Source of the DNA: Escherichia coli
Lineage (GTDB): Bacteria > Pseudomonadota > Gammaproteobacteria > Enterobacterales > Enterobacteriaceae
Strand: one strand, 5' to 3'
Assembly: GCF_016026235.1 (NCBI RefSeq)
Contig: NZ_CP065613.1
Length of the DNA stretch: 64,000 nucleotides
The stretch's first letter is position 1. The number at the start of each line of letters is the position of its first letter. The notes under the pieces were generated by a model. The model was given only the letters and a program-made list of their open reading frames with translations. It was not told the origin of the DNA and did no database searches. Shown in pieces: positions 20,094-30,972 of the stretch. The position numbers and the translations under genes were made by a program.

Positions 20094-21242
20094 ATGGCCG
20101 CATTACCATACATGCAACTGTACATAGCTGATTACCTGGCTGACACCATGCATTTGTCAGCAGAGGAGCACGGCGCGTATTTGTTGCTGATGTTCAATTA
20201 CTGGCAAACAGGAAAGCCAATACCCAAAAACAGGTTGGCAAAAATTGCCCGTCTGACTAACGAGCGATGGGTTGATGTTGAACCATCCTTGCGGGAGTTT
20301 TTTTGTGATAACGGCGACGAATGGATGCATCTTCGGATTGAGGAAGATCTGGCATCTGTCAGAGAAAAATTAACCAAAAAATCAGCCGCAGGAAAAGCAT
20401 CTGTTCAGGCCAGAAGAAGCAGAAAGGAAGCAGATGTTCAAACAAAACAAGAGAGAAATTTAACAGGTGTTCAAACAGATGTTGGAGTGATGTTCGAACA
20501 TGATGCCAACACAAAGGCAACTAATAAAGATACAGATAAAGATCTAAAAACAGATCTAACCCATCCCAAACCCTTCCCTTCCGGAAGGGAGTTTCGGGAT
20601 TTTGTGGCTGGAGTGCTTGAGGGGAGATTATCTGGCGGTACTGCAGCGGAATTTTGTAATTCTGCGGTGGTTGCGTTGCAGGCTGCTGGCCTGGATGTCT
20701 GTCGTGAGTATCCGGTGCCAGAGCGTGGTGACGGTTGCGGAGGGCGGATTGATATCGTCGTGACTGACAGGAACGGTGTCCGGTGTGGGATCGAGCTTGA
20801 CCGAAATTCTCCGCGACAGAAATCACTGCTCAAAATCGGTGCTGTTGAAACCGGGATATGTGTCTTGCGGCGCAGTGATATCGCAAGGCACACCGAGCAG
20901 GGAATTCTGGTTATCGGTGGGGCTGTTCGCCAGAAAAAATTTGACCCGTTGTCAGTTGATCTGCCCGACTGGTTGCCAGAAACACTCTGGCATGAGTGGG
21001 TCCAGTTCAGGCAGGCATTGCGAAAACCGATTCGAACGGAGCAGGGCGCTAACGGGGCGATACGGGAACTGGAAAAATTCCGTCAGCAGGGTTTTACACC
21101 TGAGCAGGTGATTCGACACAGCATCGCCAATGAATACCAGGGTCTGTTCGCGCCGAAAGGTGTTCGGCCTGAGACGTTGCTCCGACAGGTTAACACCGTC
21201 TCGTTGCCGGACAGTGCGATCCCGCCAGGCTTCAGGGGGTAA
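20094..21242 (+). CDS. Replication initiation protein (O-position, YdaU-like)
   Basis: About 382 aa from the Met at 20094; directly precedes the DnaC-like loader; ORF extends to 20043. Confidence 0.5.
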   Translation: MAALPYMQLYIADYLADTMHLSAEEHGAYLLLMFNYWQTGKPIPKNRLAKIARLTNERWVDVEPSLREFFCDNGDEWMHLRIEEDLASVREKLTKKSAAGKASVQARRSRKEADVQTKQERNLTGVQTDVGVMFEHDANTKATNKDTDKDLKTDLTHPKPFPSGREFRDFVAGVLEGRLSGGTAAEFCNSAVVALQAAGLDVCREYPVPERGDGCGGRIDIVVTDRNGVRCGIELDRNSPRQKSLLKIGAVETGICVLRRSDIARHTEQGILVIGGAVRQKKFDPLSVDLPDWLPETLWHEWVQFRQALRKPIRTEQGANGAIRELEKFRQQGFTPEQVIRHSIANEYQGLFAPKGVRPETLLRQVNTVSLPDSAIPPGFRG

Positions 21243-21248
21243 CAGACC

Positions 21249-21995
21249 ATGAAAAATATTGCGACAGGAGGCGTTCTGGAGCGTATCCGCAGACTGACCC
21301 CACCACATGTAACCGCCCCATTCAGAACGGTTGCGGAGTGGCGCGAGTGGCAACTTGCTGAAGGCCAGAAACGTTGCGAGGAGATCAACCGCCTGAATCG
21401 TCAGTTGCGGGTGGAAAAAATCCTGAACCGCTCCGGCATCCAGCCGTTGCACCGGAAGTGTTCGTTTGCGAATTACCGGGCGCAGAACGACGGTCAGCGA
21501 CATGCACTGAGTCAGGCGAAATCCATAGCTGACGAACTGATGACAGGCTGTACGAATTTTGTGTTCAGCGGTAAGCCCGGCACCGGAAAAAATCATCTTG
21601 CAGCCGCGATTGGCAACCGGCTGATGGCGAAGGGGCGTAGCGTGATTATCGTCACCGTGTCCGATGTCATGAGCGTGTTGCATGAGAGCTACGACAACGG
21701 CAAATCCGGTGAAAAATTTTTACAGGAGCTTTGTGGTGTTGACCTGCTGGTCCTGGATGAAATTGGCATGCAGCGGGATACGAAAAACGAGCAGGTGGTA
21801 CTGAACCAGATTGTTGATCGCCGGACGGCATCGTTACGCGGTGTGGGGATGCTGACAAATATTAACCATGCAGCGATGAATACACTTCTCGGCGAGCGGG
21901 TGATGGATCGCATGGTCATGAACGGCGGGCGCTGGGTGAATTTTAACTGGGAGAGCTGGCGTCCGAATGTTAGCCATTCGAGGGTTGTTAAGTAG
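21249..21995 (+). CDS. DnaC-like helicase loader / replication protein (YdaV-like)
   Basis: 248 aa; Walker A GKPGTGKNHLA and Walker B LLVLDEIG. Confidence 0.8.
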   Translation: MKNIATGGVLERIRRLTPPHVTAPFRTVAEWREWQLAEGQKRCEEINRLNRQLRVEKILNRSGIQPLHRKCSFANYRAQNDGQRHALSQAKSIADELMTGCTNFVFSGKPGTGKNHLAAAIGNRLMAKGRSVIIVTVSDVMSVLHESYDNGKSGEKFLQELCGVDLLVLDEIGMQRDTKNEQVVLNQIVDRRTASLRGVGMLTNINHAAMNTLLGERVMDRMVMNGGRWVNFNWESWRPNVSHSRVVK

Positions 21996-22009
21996 TTTCA
22001 GGAGGATTT

Positions 22010-22432
22010 ATGGCGAAACCTTTTACTCCCGAACAGCGGGAAGAACTGAAGACGCGAATTGTGGAACTCGTGCATCAGGACGGTCGGGTCACGATTCGGC
22101 AGTTGTCAGATGAAACAGGTATCAGTCGTGCGTCTGTCGGTCGCTTATGCATGGAACTGGTCGCAAGTGGTGATGTATATAATTCTGGCTACGGGGTATT
22201 TCCCTCTGAACAGGCTCATAAAGACTGGCAAAACGCCCGCAAAAAGCTATCGAGGGTAAAGGTGAAGAAACCGGTTGTGGTTGATCCTGACCTTATCTGG
22301 TCATTACCAGACGGAGAAATACGCCGCTACGACAGGCGCCTGAATATAATCTGTCGCGAGTGCCGGAAGAGCGAAGCTATGCAGCGCGTGCTGGCGTTTT
22401 ATCAGGGGAAATTTCAGGAGGCGGTACTGTGA
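22010..22432 (+). CDS. Hypothetical HTH-containing phage protein (YdaW-position)
   Basis: 140 aa; SD present; IS911 lies 11 bp past its stop codon. Confidence 0.45.
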   Translation: MAKPFTPEQREELKTRIVELVHQDGRVTIRQLSDETGISRASVGRLCMELVASGDVYNSGYGVFPSEQAHKDWQNARKKLSRVKVKKPVVVDPDLIWSLPDGEIRRYDRRLNIICRECRKSEAMQRVLAFYQGKFQEAVL

Positions 22433-22475
22433 GTAAAATTAGCTATGAAGTGGTCAACAAAAACTGGCCACCGAG

Positions 22476-23659
<1,184 letters not shown>

Positions 23660-23742
23660 CTCTGTTCAGGTGGCCAAATTCAGTAAACCACTTCACTATC
23701 AGGCTTCAATTACCGCTGGTATTCGCATCAAAGGAGAGGAGC

Positions 23743-24099
23743 ATGGAAATAAAACCAGAAGATGAGTTAAGCAATATCGTTTTATTTCCGGTAAAAGAGG
23801 ATGACCCACGTAATCAGGTTAATTTTCTTTATGAACCATCGGAAAGACCATATTGCCATCACGCCTCTGTCCGGGTTGACGAAAAAGAGCGTCAGGTCCG
23901 CTGTAAAATCTGCGGTGCGGTTGTGGAGCCGTTTGACTGGATGCTCTCTGTGGCAAAAAGAGAAACCAGACTGGCAGATGATGTAAGGCTATTGCGCCAG
24001 GAGGAACAGGAAAGGCGGAGAAATATAGAAAAGCTGATACAGATTGAGCGTAACGCGAAAGCGCGGATACGCAGGGCGACAAAATCCAGAACTGAATAA
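23743..24099 (+). CDS. Hypothetical zinc-ribbon-like phage protein (118 aa)
   Basis: CHH…CKIC motif; SD GGAGAGGAG before ATG at 23743. Confidence 0.4.
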   Translation: MEIKPEDELSNIVLFPVKEDDPRNQVNFLYEPSERPYCHHASVRVDEKERQVRCKICGAVVEPFDWMLSVAKRETRLADDVRLLRQEEQERRRNIEKLIQIERNAKARIRRATKSRTE

Positions 24100-24411
24100 T
24101 TAAATTTAGCACTGTTAAAAATTTAATCCTTAACCGGAGGGATTTCTGCACCCTCAAATCATCAGGAGACCGCCCGAAAGGGCGGTAATGAATGGTTACA
24201 TTATTTAGAAAAAAATATCCGCGAAAGAGTAGAACAACAGAATTCCTGTTTCTCATTCTGTTTATCGTGTTGATGACACCGATATCCCCACTAATTTTTG
24301 TCTGGATAATCGGAAAAATAATTGAGCCAGTTATTGAATTGTATAACGACGTGGTATGGGCGTCATTCAACACACTGCACAATAAAATTAATCCGTATAA
24401 GGAAAGCTGAT

Positions 24412-24777
24412 ATGGCACTGACGAAAAAACAACGTGCAGAACTGCGCATGAAGTTCGGTGGTCGCTGCGCTTATTGCGGCTGCGAACTTGGCGAAAAGTG
24501 GCATGCAGACCATGTAAAACCGGTCATTCGTTTTGATGGAAATATGCTTCACCAGGAACGTGACGATATATCCAACATGGTACCAGCATGCCACCCATGC
24601 AATCTGCACAAGCATTGCAGTAGCCTGGAAGATTATCGACGAATTATCAGTGATGGTCGTCGTGAATTCCTTGCGTCCGGGAAAGGCAAAGCGCTGGTTC
24701 GTATGGGATTGGTTGAAATGAAATCTGACCCGGTTGTGTTCTGGTTTGAAAAATATCAAGAAGGGGCTACGGCATGA
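24412..24777 (+). CDS. HNH endonuclease
   Basis: CAYCGC…HADHVKP…ACHPCNLHK HNH signature; SD AAGGAAAG; 4-nt overlap with the next gene. Confidence 0.6.
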   Translation: MALTKKQRAELRMKFGGRCAYCGCELGEKWHADHVKPVIRFDGNMLHQERDDISNMVPACHPCNLHKHCSSLEDYRRIISDGRREFLASGKGKALVRMGLVEMKSDPVVFWFEKYQEGATA

Positions 24778-25439
24778 CCACTATTACCAAAGAGCGACTG
24801 CAATGGCTGGCTAACATTTCTGGCCGCGATGATATTGACGATATAGACGGCGGTGAAATTCGTGAACTGGCGCTTATCGCTCTGGCATCACTGGAAGCAG
24901 AGCCTGTAGCGGAATGCATTGTTGAAGATGGGGGCATGTGTATTGACGGGTTCGGTGAGTATGTGGGTCACTCGCTGCCTGATGGAATGCATGAGCTTTA
25001 TGCTGCCCCGCGAATGCGACAACCTGATGGATGGAAAGCCGTAGCTGTAGCGTGGAAGGTGACGTTTACTCAAGTTGACCAGGAATCTAATACGTTCACT
25101 GCTATATATTTTGACAAAGCGGAAGTTGAGCGTTGGGTACGACTGCATAAAGCATGTGATTTTCGGGCAGATATAACACCGCTTTACGCAGCGCCGGCAG
25201 TGCCGGTTGCAGTAAACGACGACATGGCTTACGCATTCCATCACGCACTGTCAGATTCATCGCTTGGCTCTGATGAAATCGAAGAAATTAAAACCGGTTT
25301 GCGTGCTGCCTTTGCCAACGTCACTATCCAACCAGAGCCGATAGTGCCGGATGAAATCGGGCCAAACGATAGTAATACGTTTGATTATGTTGATGGCTGG
25401 AACGCCTGCCGCGCTGCCATGCTTAAGGGAGATAAATAA
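24774..25439 (+). CDS. Hypothetical phage protein (221 aa) with repeated LYAAP motif
   Basis: ORF translationally coupled on both sides. Confidence 0.4.
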   Translation: MTTITKERLQWLANISGRDDIDDIDGGEIRELALIALASLEAEPVAECIVEDGGMCIDGFGEYVGHSLPDGMHELYAAPRMRQPDGWKAVAVAWKVTFTQVDQESNTFTAIYFDKAEVERWVRLHKACDFRADITPLYAAPAVPVAVNDDMAYAFHHALSDSSLGSDEIEEIKTGLRAAFANVTIQPEPIVPDEIGPNDSNTFDYVDGWNACRAAMLKGDK

Positions 25440-25804
25440 TGATTAATCGAACCAAACTGGAGCACATTCTCGAATATGCCAGGCAGCAGAAATGTATTGG
25501 GCAACTTTGTAAAATTCCACCAGGAGATATGGTTGAAATCGTGGAAATGGCCATGCGTAAGGCTGGCAACTCTCCGGTAACTCCGGCTGGCTGGATAAGC
25601 TGTAGTGATGCAGTTCCTGCTGAATATTGCGATGTGATTCTTCTCGATGATCTCGGGAATGTATTCCCCGGTTCCTGGGATAAGGTTTTTTGCCCCACTC
25701 GTGGCGGGAATAAGATGGCTTTTGTGGACAAAGACGGCGTTGAAGTAGAGAGCTCAACTCACTGGATGCCGCTACCGGAACCACCGCAGGAGGTGAATCA
25801 ATGA
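25439..25804 (+). CDS. Hypothetical phage protein (121 aa), resembles the DUF551 family
   Basis: ORF; family call is from memory and weak. Confidence 0.35.
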   Translation: MINRTKLEHILEYARQQKCIGQLCKIPPGDMVEIVEMAMRKAGNSPVTPAGWISCSDAVPAEYCDVILLDDLGNVFPGSWDKVFCPTRGGNKMAFVDKDGVEVESSTHWMPLPEPPQEVNQ

Positions 25805-25883
25805 CCTGGCCTGAGGCATTCACCACGGTAGGAATTGCGATGGCGGTGGCGCTGGTGGTGTATTCGATTTGCCGTTGGGGTTA
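25801..25883 (+). CDS. Candidate 27-aa single-TM peptide
   Basis: ATGA overlap with the upstream stop; MTWPEAFTTVGIAMAVALVVYSICRWG; followed by a strong terminator. Confidence 0.25.
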
Positions 25884-25890
25884 ACAAACA

Positions 25891-25921
25891 AAAACCCCGG
25901 ATTGATGGTCCGGGGTTTTTG
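25891..25921 (+). terminator. Rho-independent terminator
   Basis: AAAACCCCGGATTGATGGTCCGGGGTTTTTG. Confidence 0.6.
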
Positions 25922-26258
25922 AAGGAAACAAAACAGAAACAGCAATTGCCGTTACCTGTTGTTACCATGGCAAGTAAACGTATCTCAGGCGAGCGCATTG
26001 CGCCGTTCTGACGCAGATAAACTAGCCTGGATAGATGGTGCTGGCAATAAAAAATAGCGTTTTCTTATCGGTGTCGGTAAGATTGCTGCGGGTGCTTGAG
26101 GCTGTCTGCCTCGGGCATGTCACTGTAAGGCAGACAGAGAAAAGCCCCAGTTAACATTACGCGTCCTGCAAGACGCTTAACATTAATCTGAGGCCCAATC
26201 TATGTCTCACAAATGTAGGTTAGCCTCTTACGTGCCGAAAGGCAAGGAGAAGCAGGCT

Positions 26259-26414
26259 ATGAAGCAGCAAAAGGCGATGTTAATCGCCCTGATCGTCATC
26301 TGTTTAACCGTCATTGTGACGGCACTGGTAACGAGGAAAGACCTCTGCGAGGTACGAATCCGAACCGGCCAGACGGAGGTCGCTGTCTTCGTAGACTACG
26401 AATCTAGAGAGTAA
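26259..26414 (+). CDS. Hok/Gef-family type I toxin
   Basis: 51 aa MKQQKAMLIALIVICLTVIVTALVTRKDLCEVRIRTGQTEVAVFVDYESRE; an in-frame upstream extension (26202) resembles a mok-like leader. Confidence 0.75.
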   Translation: MKQQKAMLIALIVICLTVIVTALVTRKDLCEVRIRTGQTEVAVFVDYESRE

Positions 26415-26692
26415 GAGTGACCAGGCGGGAGAGTAATCTCCCGCCACCTTTGATGTGTCAGGCATCCTCAACGCACCCGCACTTAACCCGTTTCGGCGGT
26501 TTTTTTTGTTGCGTGCTGAATACGCAGGGTGAAAAATAACCATATATTTGATTATATACACAACAAAAAATAAAAGTCATTGTACTTGCACATTAAACAA
26601 TCAAATATACGGCGTGAAATAAATGTTTTTCAGATTAATATTTTTGTCTCTATGTGGATATAACCGTTTGTACTTATAAACCTGGAGGCATC

Positions 26693-26905
26693 GTGGAAAA
26701 AATAAAGAAACTATTTAGTAGCAAATACGCAGTCATACGTCGTGATGACCTGTCAGTTATAGTCGAAATGGATTACTTCCCTGAAACCCCAAAATCAATA
26801 ATGTATCGTAATGGTCGAAAGGCAATTTTTTTACCGATGAGGGTAAGTGACATTATGGGAAATGATAAACTGCTGGATGAATTGCGAGTCAGAGCATCCT
26901 GTTAG
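26693..26905 (+). CDS. Hypothetical small phage protein
   Basis: GTG start after GGAGG; AT-rich promoter-like region upstream (26520..26680). Confidence 0.3.
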   Translation: MEKIKKLFSSKYAVIRRDDLSVIVEMDYFPETPKSIMYRNGRKAIFLPMRVSDIMGNDKLLDELRVRASC

Positions 26906-26976
26906 TATTGGCATTAATTCTGGTATACTACATAACGGGCTGAACACCCATTCTACTGCGCCAGCGGAGAACTACG

Positions 26977-27576
26977 ATGGCGCATATACAACTGGTCAAA
27001 CAAACCTCTTCCGGATTACTTCTCCCGGCGACGCCGGAGAGTTGCGATTTTTTGCATCAAATCAAAATAGGTGAGTGGATACACGCAGACTTTAAGCGTG
27101 TGCGTAACTACGCATTCCACAAGCGTTTTTTCAAACTCCTGCAACTGGGATTTGATTACTGGACTCCGGTCGGTGGGGCGATCACGCCTCGCGAACGAAA
27201 ACTGGTATCAGGCTTCGTTGATTACCTGTGCGAATCAGTAGGTCGGGAACACACTCCAGCCCTGAGTGATGCCGCAGAGCAATACCTTAATACAGTTGCG
27301 ACATGCAGAACCCGGGATACGGCATTGCTAAAGTCGTTTGACGCTTTCCGCGAGTGGGTAACCATTCAGGCCGGATTTTACACCGAGCATATTTATCCTG
27401 ATGGTAGTCGTGGGCGCAGGGCAAAATCTATCGCATTTGCGAACATGGACGAAACCGAGTTTCAGCAGGTTTATAAATCTGTACTGAATGTGCTGTGGAA
27501 CTGGATCCTGTTCCGTAAATTTTCCTCTCCGGAACAAGTCGAAAATGTGGCCGCGCAGCTACTGGAGTTTGCGTAA
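26977..27576 (+). CDS. Hypothetical nin-region protein (199 aa), resembles DUF1367
   Basis: ORF; 1-nt-coupled to the downstream gene. Confidence 0.45.
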   Translation: MAHIQLVKQTSSGLLLPATPESCDFLHQIKIGEWIHADFKRVRNYAFHKRFFKLLQLGFDYWTPVGGAITPRERKLVSGFVDYLCESVGREHTPALSDAAEQYLNTVATCRTRDTALLKSFDAFREWVTIQAGFYTEHIYPDGSRGRRAKSIAFANMDETEFQQVYKSVLNVLWNWILFRKFSSPEQVENVAAQLLEFA

Positions 27577-27866
27577 TGGTGGATTTACGTAAAGCGGCGC
27601 GGGGGCAGATGTGCACCGTCAGAATTCCTGGCTACTGCAATCACGATCCGGAAACGTCTGTGCTGGCGCATTACCGACTGGCGGGAACGTGCGGAACAGC
27701 GACAAAACCACACGATATGCAGGCGGCGATTGCCTGTAGCTCATGCCACGATTTAATCGACGGGCGGGTAAAAACAAGCGATTACACCAAAGAAGAATTA
27801 CGCCTGATACATGCAGAAGGTGTTTTTCGCACGCAAGAAATCTGGAGAAAGGAAGGTTATTTATGA
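27576..27866 (+). CDS. Hypothetical nin-region protein (96 aa), resembles DUF1364/YbcO
   Basis: Cys/His-rich (CTVRIPGYCNHD…CSSCHD). Confidence 0.45.
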   Translation: MVDLRKAARGQMCTVRIPGYCNHDPETSVLAHYRLAGTCGTATKPHDMQAAIACSSCHDLIDGRVKTSDYTKEELRLIHAEGVFRTQEIWRKEGYL

Positions 27867-28417
27867 TTTACCCAACAAATACAGGCAAAAGCGGGGAACA
27901 CCTTCGTCTCACCACGCTGGAAAGTGTCTGGATTCAGGGAAAACTGCGCATGTGGGGGCGCTGGTCGTATATTGGCGGCGGTAAGACGGGGAATATGTTC
28001 AACCAGTTGTTGGCCTCTAAAAAGCTGACAAAAACGGCAATTAACGAGGCGCTCCGGAGGATGAAAAAAGCAGGTCTGGACAAACCTGAACTTGAGGCTT
28101 TTTTGCGGGATATGATCAACGGCAAGCAAAAAAGCTGGCTGGTGCATTGTACTGACGCAGAGGCGTTATGCATTGATCGGGTGATTAGTGAAGTGCTGGC
28201 AGAACACCCAGGATTGATTTGTATCCTCCGGCAACGATATGAAGGGAGTGGGATGACTAAGCGAAAAATGGCTGAATTGCTGAATGATTCACACCCTGAG
28301 TGGTGTTATCGGACGTGTTGCAGTCGGGTTGATGTATGGCTAAATCTTGCTGAATATATGCTCTATCTACCGATGCGTGATGCATTCTCTTCCGGGGATC
28401 TAAAAACCGTCTGTTGA
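27863..28417 (+). CDS. Putative late-gene antiterminator (Q-like)
   Basis: 184 aa from ATG at 27863 with SD AGGAAGG; position upstream of pR'-like promoter, tRNAs and lysis genes; Cys-rich C-terminus. Confidence 0.45.
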   Translation: MIYPTNTGKSGEHLRLTTLESVWIQGKLRMWGRWSYIGGGKTGNMFNQLLASKKLTKTAINEALRRMKKAGLDKPELEAFLRDMINGKQKSWLVHCTDAEALCIDRVISEVLAEHPGLICILRQRYEGSGMTKRKMAELLNDSHPEWCYRTCCSRVDVWLNLAEYMLYLPMRDAFSSGDLKTVC

Positions 28418-28689
28418 CTCAATCTGTTATCCGGGGCTATATTCCTCACGCGCCAGCAAAATCTGGCGTCGGGATTGGCGTCCCGGATGTTTACGGAGCG
28501 ATATGAGACGCGCCCGCGTCTTTTTTCATATCGTTTGCACAGTCTCATTCGCGATTTATGGCGGGCTGTGTGGGGGAGCCGAAAGGCTCGCCGGTTTCCG
28601 TACCCGGTTACGCCAACCCTGCACAGTTCGCCACCAGTTCGATTGGCGTCGTCGGTGGCGATAATTTCCAAATGTACGGAGTTATCGTT

Positions 28690-29247
28690 ATGACCACTCA
28701 AATCTCTGTTGAAACTCTCTCCCCGATCACCCATAACCAGATTCCTGTTATTACCACCGAACTTTTGGCGCAGCTTTACGGCACTGAGCCGGTGCGTATT
28801 CGCCAGAATCATCATGAGAACAAAGTACGCTTCGTTGAAGGGAAACACTTTTTCAAAGTTGTTGGTAATGACCTTAAAGAATTGCGGGTAGCTTTAAACT
28901 ACTCACAAAATCCCATCTCTCCCAAAGCCCGCTCCCTCATCCTCTGGACAGAACGAGGCGCAGCACGCCACGCCAAAATGCTCGAAACCGATCAGGCGTG
29001 GGATGTGTTCGAAAAACTGGAAGACTGCTATTTCAGTCAAAAGGATCCGTCAACGCCAGTTTCATGCCAGAAAAGTTACGACACGCGAGTTCTCTGTTAT
29101 CAGAGAGGCGGTGTCACTGTTTCCACAATTCAGTTACGGGATGATGATATTGTTATTTCCCTTGAGTCATGGCTGGAACTGGCGAGAGCCAATGGTTGGT
29201 TTGTTGTTCGCAGAGATAAACTGGTGGAAAGGTTGATGCAGCTTTAA
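28690..29247 (+). CDS. KilA-N/Bro-N-type antirepressor-like protein
   Basis: MTTQISVETLSPITHNQIPVITTELLAQLYGTEPVRIRQNHHENKVRFVEGKHFF… resembles phage antirepressor N-terminal domains. Confidence 0.5.
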   Translation: MTTQISVETLSPITHNQIPVITTELLAQLYGTEPVRIRQNHHENKVRFVEGKHFFKVVGNDLKELRVALNYSQNPISPKARSLILWTERGAARHAKMLETDQAWDVFEKLEDCYFSQKDPSTPVSCQKSYDTRVLCYQRGGVTVSTIQLRDDDIVISLESWLELARANGWFVVRRDKLVERLMQL

Positions 29248-29256
29248 AAAAGTTCT

Positions 29257-29290
29257 TGCATTTTTGCACATAAACTGCTTCAATTCCGGT
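29257..29290 (+). promoter_or_regulatory. Candidate late promoter (pR'-like)
   Basis: TTGCAT, about 17 bp, TAAACT just before a terminator and the tRNA/lysis region. Confidence 0.3.
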
Positions 29291-29338
29291 AAGCTTCGCA
29301 AAGCTGTATCGCGAGGCGAATAGCAGACATGGACATTT

Positions 29339-29368
29339 GAAAGAGCCCGCTTTATGCGGGTTTTTTTA
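29339..29368 (+). terminator. Rho-independent terminator (tR'-like)
   Basis: AAAGAGCCCGCTTTATGCGGGTTTTTTTA. Confidence 0.55.
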
Positions 29369-29455
29369 TACCTGAAAAACGGCACAGGACGTTAAACGTG
29401 CTGGTGGTCAGATGAGTTTGCAGATGTGATGACATATGGTTATTATTCTGCCTCC

Positions 29456-29532
29456 GGCCCTTTAGCTCAGTTGGTCAGAGCGAGCGACTCATAATCGCCA
29501 GGTCGCTGGTTCAAGTCCAGCAAGGGCCACCA
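29456..29532 (+). tRNA. tRNA with anticodon CAU (Ile2/Met-like, ileZ-type)
   Basis: Cloverleaf by eye: acceptor GGCCCTT/AAGGGCC, anticodon loop CTCATAA, T-arm GCTGGTTCAAGTCCAGC, 3' CCA encoded. Confidence 0.8.
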
Positions 29533-29533
29533 A

Positions 29534-29610
29534 CCACCACTAGCTCATCCGGATAGAGCATCAACCTTCTAAGTTGACGGTGCGAGGTTCGAGTCCTCGG
29601 TGGTGGGCCA
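29534..29610 (+). tRNA. tRNA-Arg (anticodon UCU) with atypical 5' C-start acceptor stem
   Basis: Acceptor CCACCAC/GTGGTGG, anticodon loop CTTCTAA, T-arm CGAGGTTCGAGTCCTCG, CCA encoded. Confidence 0.65.
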
Positions 29611-29612
29611 GC

Positions 29613-29688
<76 letters not shown>

Positions 29689-29691
29689 TAT

Positions 29692-29766
<75 letters not shown>

Positions 29767-30058
29767 GTCAGAGTCTTTCAGTCTGCGATGATGGGAAATC
29801 CCGGAGTGACTGAAAGACGTTTAAGTTATGAATGATCGCCTTTTTTTGCAAAATTGCTGTGCAGAAATACTAACCTTCGGGCGTGCGATCATTCATAAGC
29901 ACTCTGCTTTTATTCCGATTAACTGTGGGTGGTTTGTTGGATAGAGTGCTTTCCTTACTGTATATATCGTTTCGCCCGCTTTTGCGTTTTTTTCTTTTCA
30001 AATCCCTTTCATTTCTCAGTGTAAAACTACGCCATCCGTTATTTGCGGAGGTGAGGCT

Positions 30059-30274
30059 ATGAAATCCATGGACAAAATTTCAACGGGCATTGCCTACGGC
30101 ACCTCCGCCGGCAGTGCCGGCTACTGGTTTTTGCAGTGGTTGGATCAGGTCAGTCCATCACAGTGGGCTGCGATTGGTGTGCTGGGAAGTCTGCTTCTGG
30201 GGCTTCTGACTTATCTGACGAATCTGTATTTCAAAATAAGAGAAGACAAGCGTAAGGCTGCACGGGGAGAGTAA
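30059..30274 (+). CDS. Class II holin / pinholin (phage 21 S-like)
   Basis: 71 aa; [28 protein letters not shown]… two TM helices and charged C-terminus; SD GGAGGTGAGG. Confidence 0.85.
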   Translation: MKSMDKISTGIAYGTSAGSAGYWFLQWLDQVSPSQWAAIGVLGSLLLGLLTYLTNLYFKIREDKRKAARGE

Positions 30275-30277
30275 ATA

Positions 30278-30907
30278 ATGAAGCATGAAGAAATGAATCA
30301 GCGATTCAATCACCTGGAAAATGAAATCACTGAGCTTAATAAAAAATTGTCGGCGTTGGTGAGTTCTGAAGATGAAAACAAACGCCGCGATGAGCATTAT
30401 GCGGCGATTTACGATTACTGCCACAAAGTCGCTCACGAGACTTTTATGAAGTTTTTGCAGGAAAAGTTTTTACCGGCCGCATTGTCAGAAAAAGAGGCGG
30501 CTTACCTGCGGCCTGAGTACGTCATTACGGTTAACAGTGCCGGAGAGGAAGAGCATAAAAGTGATTTTATTGCGTCTGCACCGGATAAAGACCAGGAACC
30601 CCGTCGGCCTTTCAGGGTTTCCTGTGAAGAGGGTGAGTTCGTCGTTTATGAGAACGGAAAACCTGTCCGGGCATCGCATCATCACTGCCTGAAAATTATT
30701 AATCTCGCTATCAGATGCCTGAAAGACGAAAACACCAGAGTTATGAAACGCATTGGCCGTTGCATGGGGTATTTGCAGGTGGCGGCAGAGATTGAAGCAC
30801 TTGCCAGTGGTGCAGACATGGATGCTGCGGTGCGGGAGGCTCTTCTTCGTGATTTCAATACTCCCCCTTTAAGAAAGAGCCTGATGACTGGATCCAGCCG
30901 GGGCTGA
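30278..30907 (+). CDS. Unknown 209-aa protein inserted between holin and endolysin
   Basis: ATG 3 nt after the holin stop, SD GGGGAGAG; N-terminal coiled-coil-like segment, several Cys/His; no family recognised. Confidence 0.5.
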   Translation: MKHEEMNQRFNHLENEITELNKKLSALVSSEDENKRRDEHYAAIYDYCHKVAHETFMKFLQEKFLPAALSEKEAAYLRPEYVITVNSAGEEEHKSDFIASAPDKDQEPRRPFRVSCEEGEFVVYENGKPVRASHHHCLKIINLAIRCLKDENTRVMKRIGRCMGYLQVAAEIEALASGADMDAAVREALLRDFNTPPLRKSLMTGSSRG

Positions 30908-30972
30908 CTTATCTTAAAAGGCGTATATAAGTTGGCTCGTTATTTGTTGCCGATAAATCCTGATAAATATCC

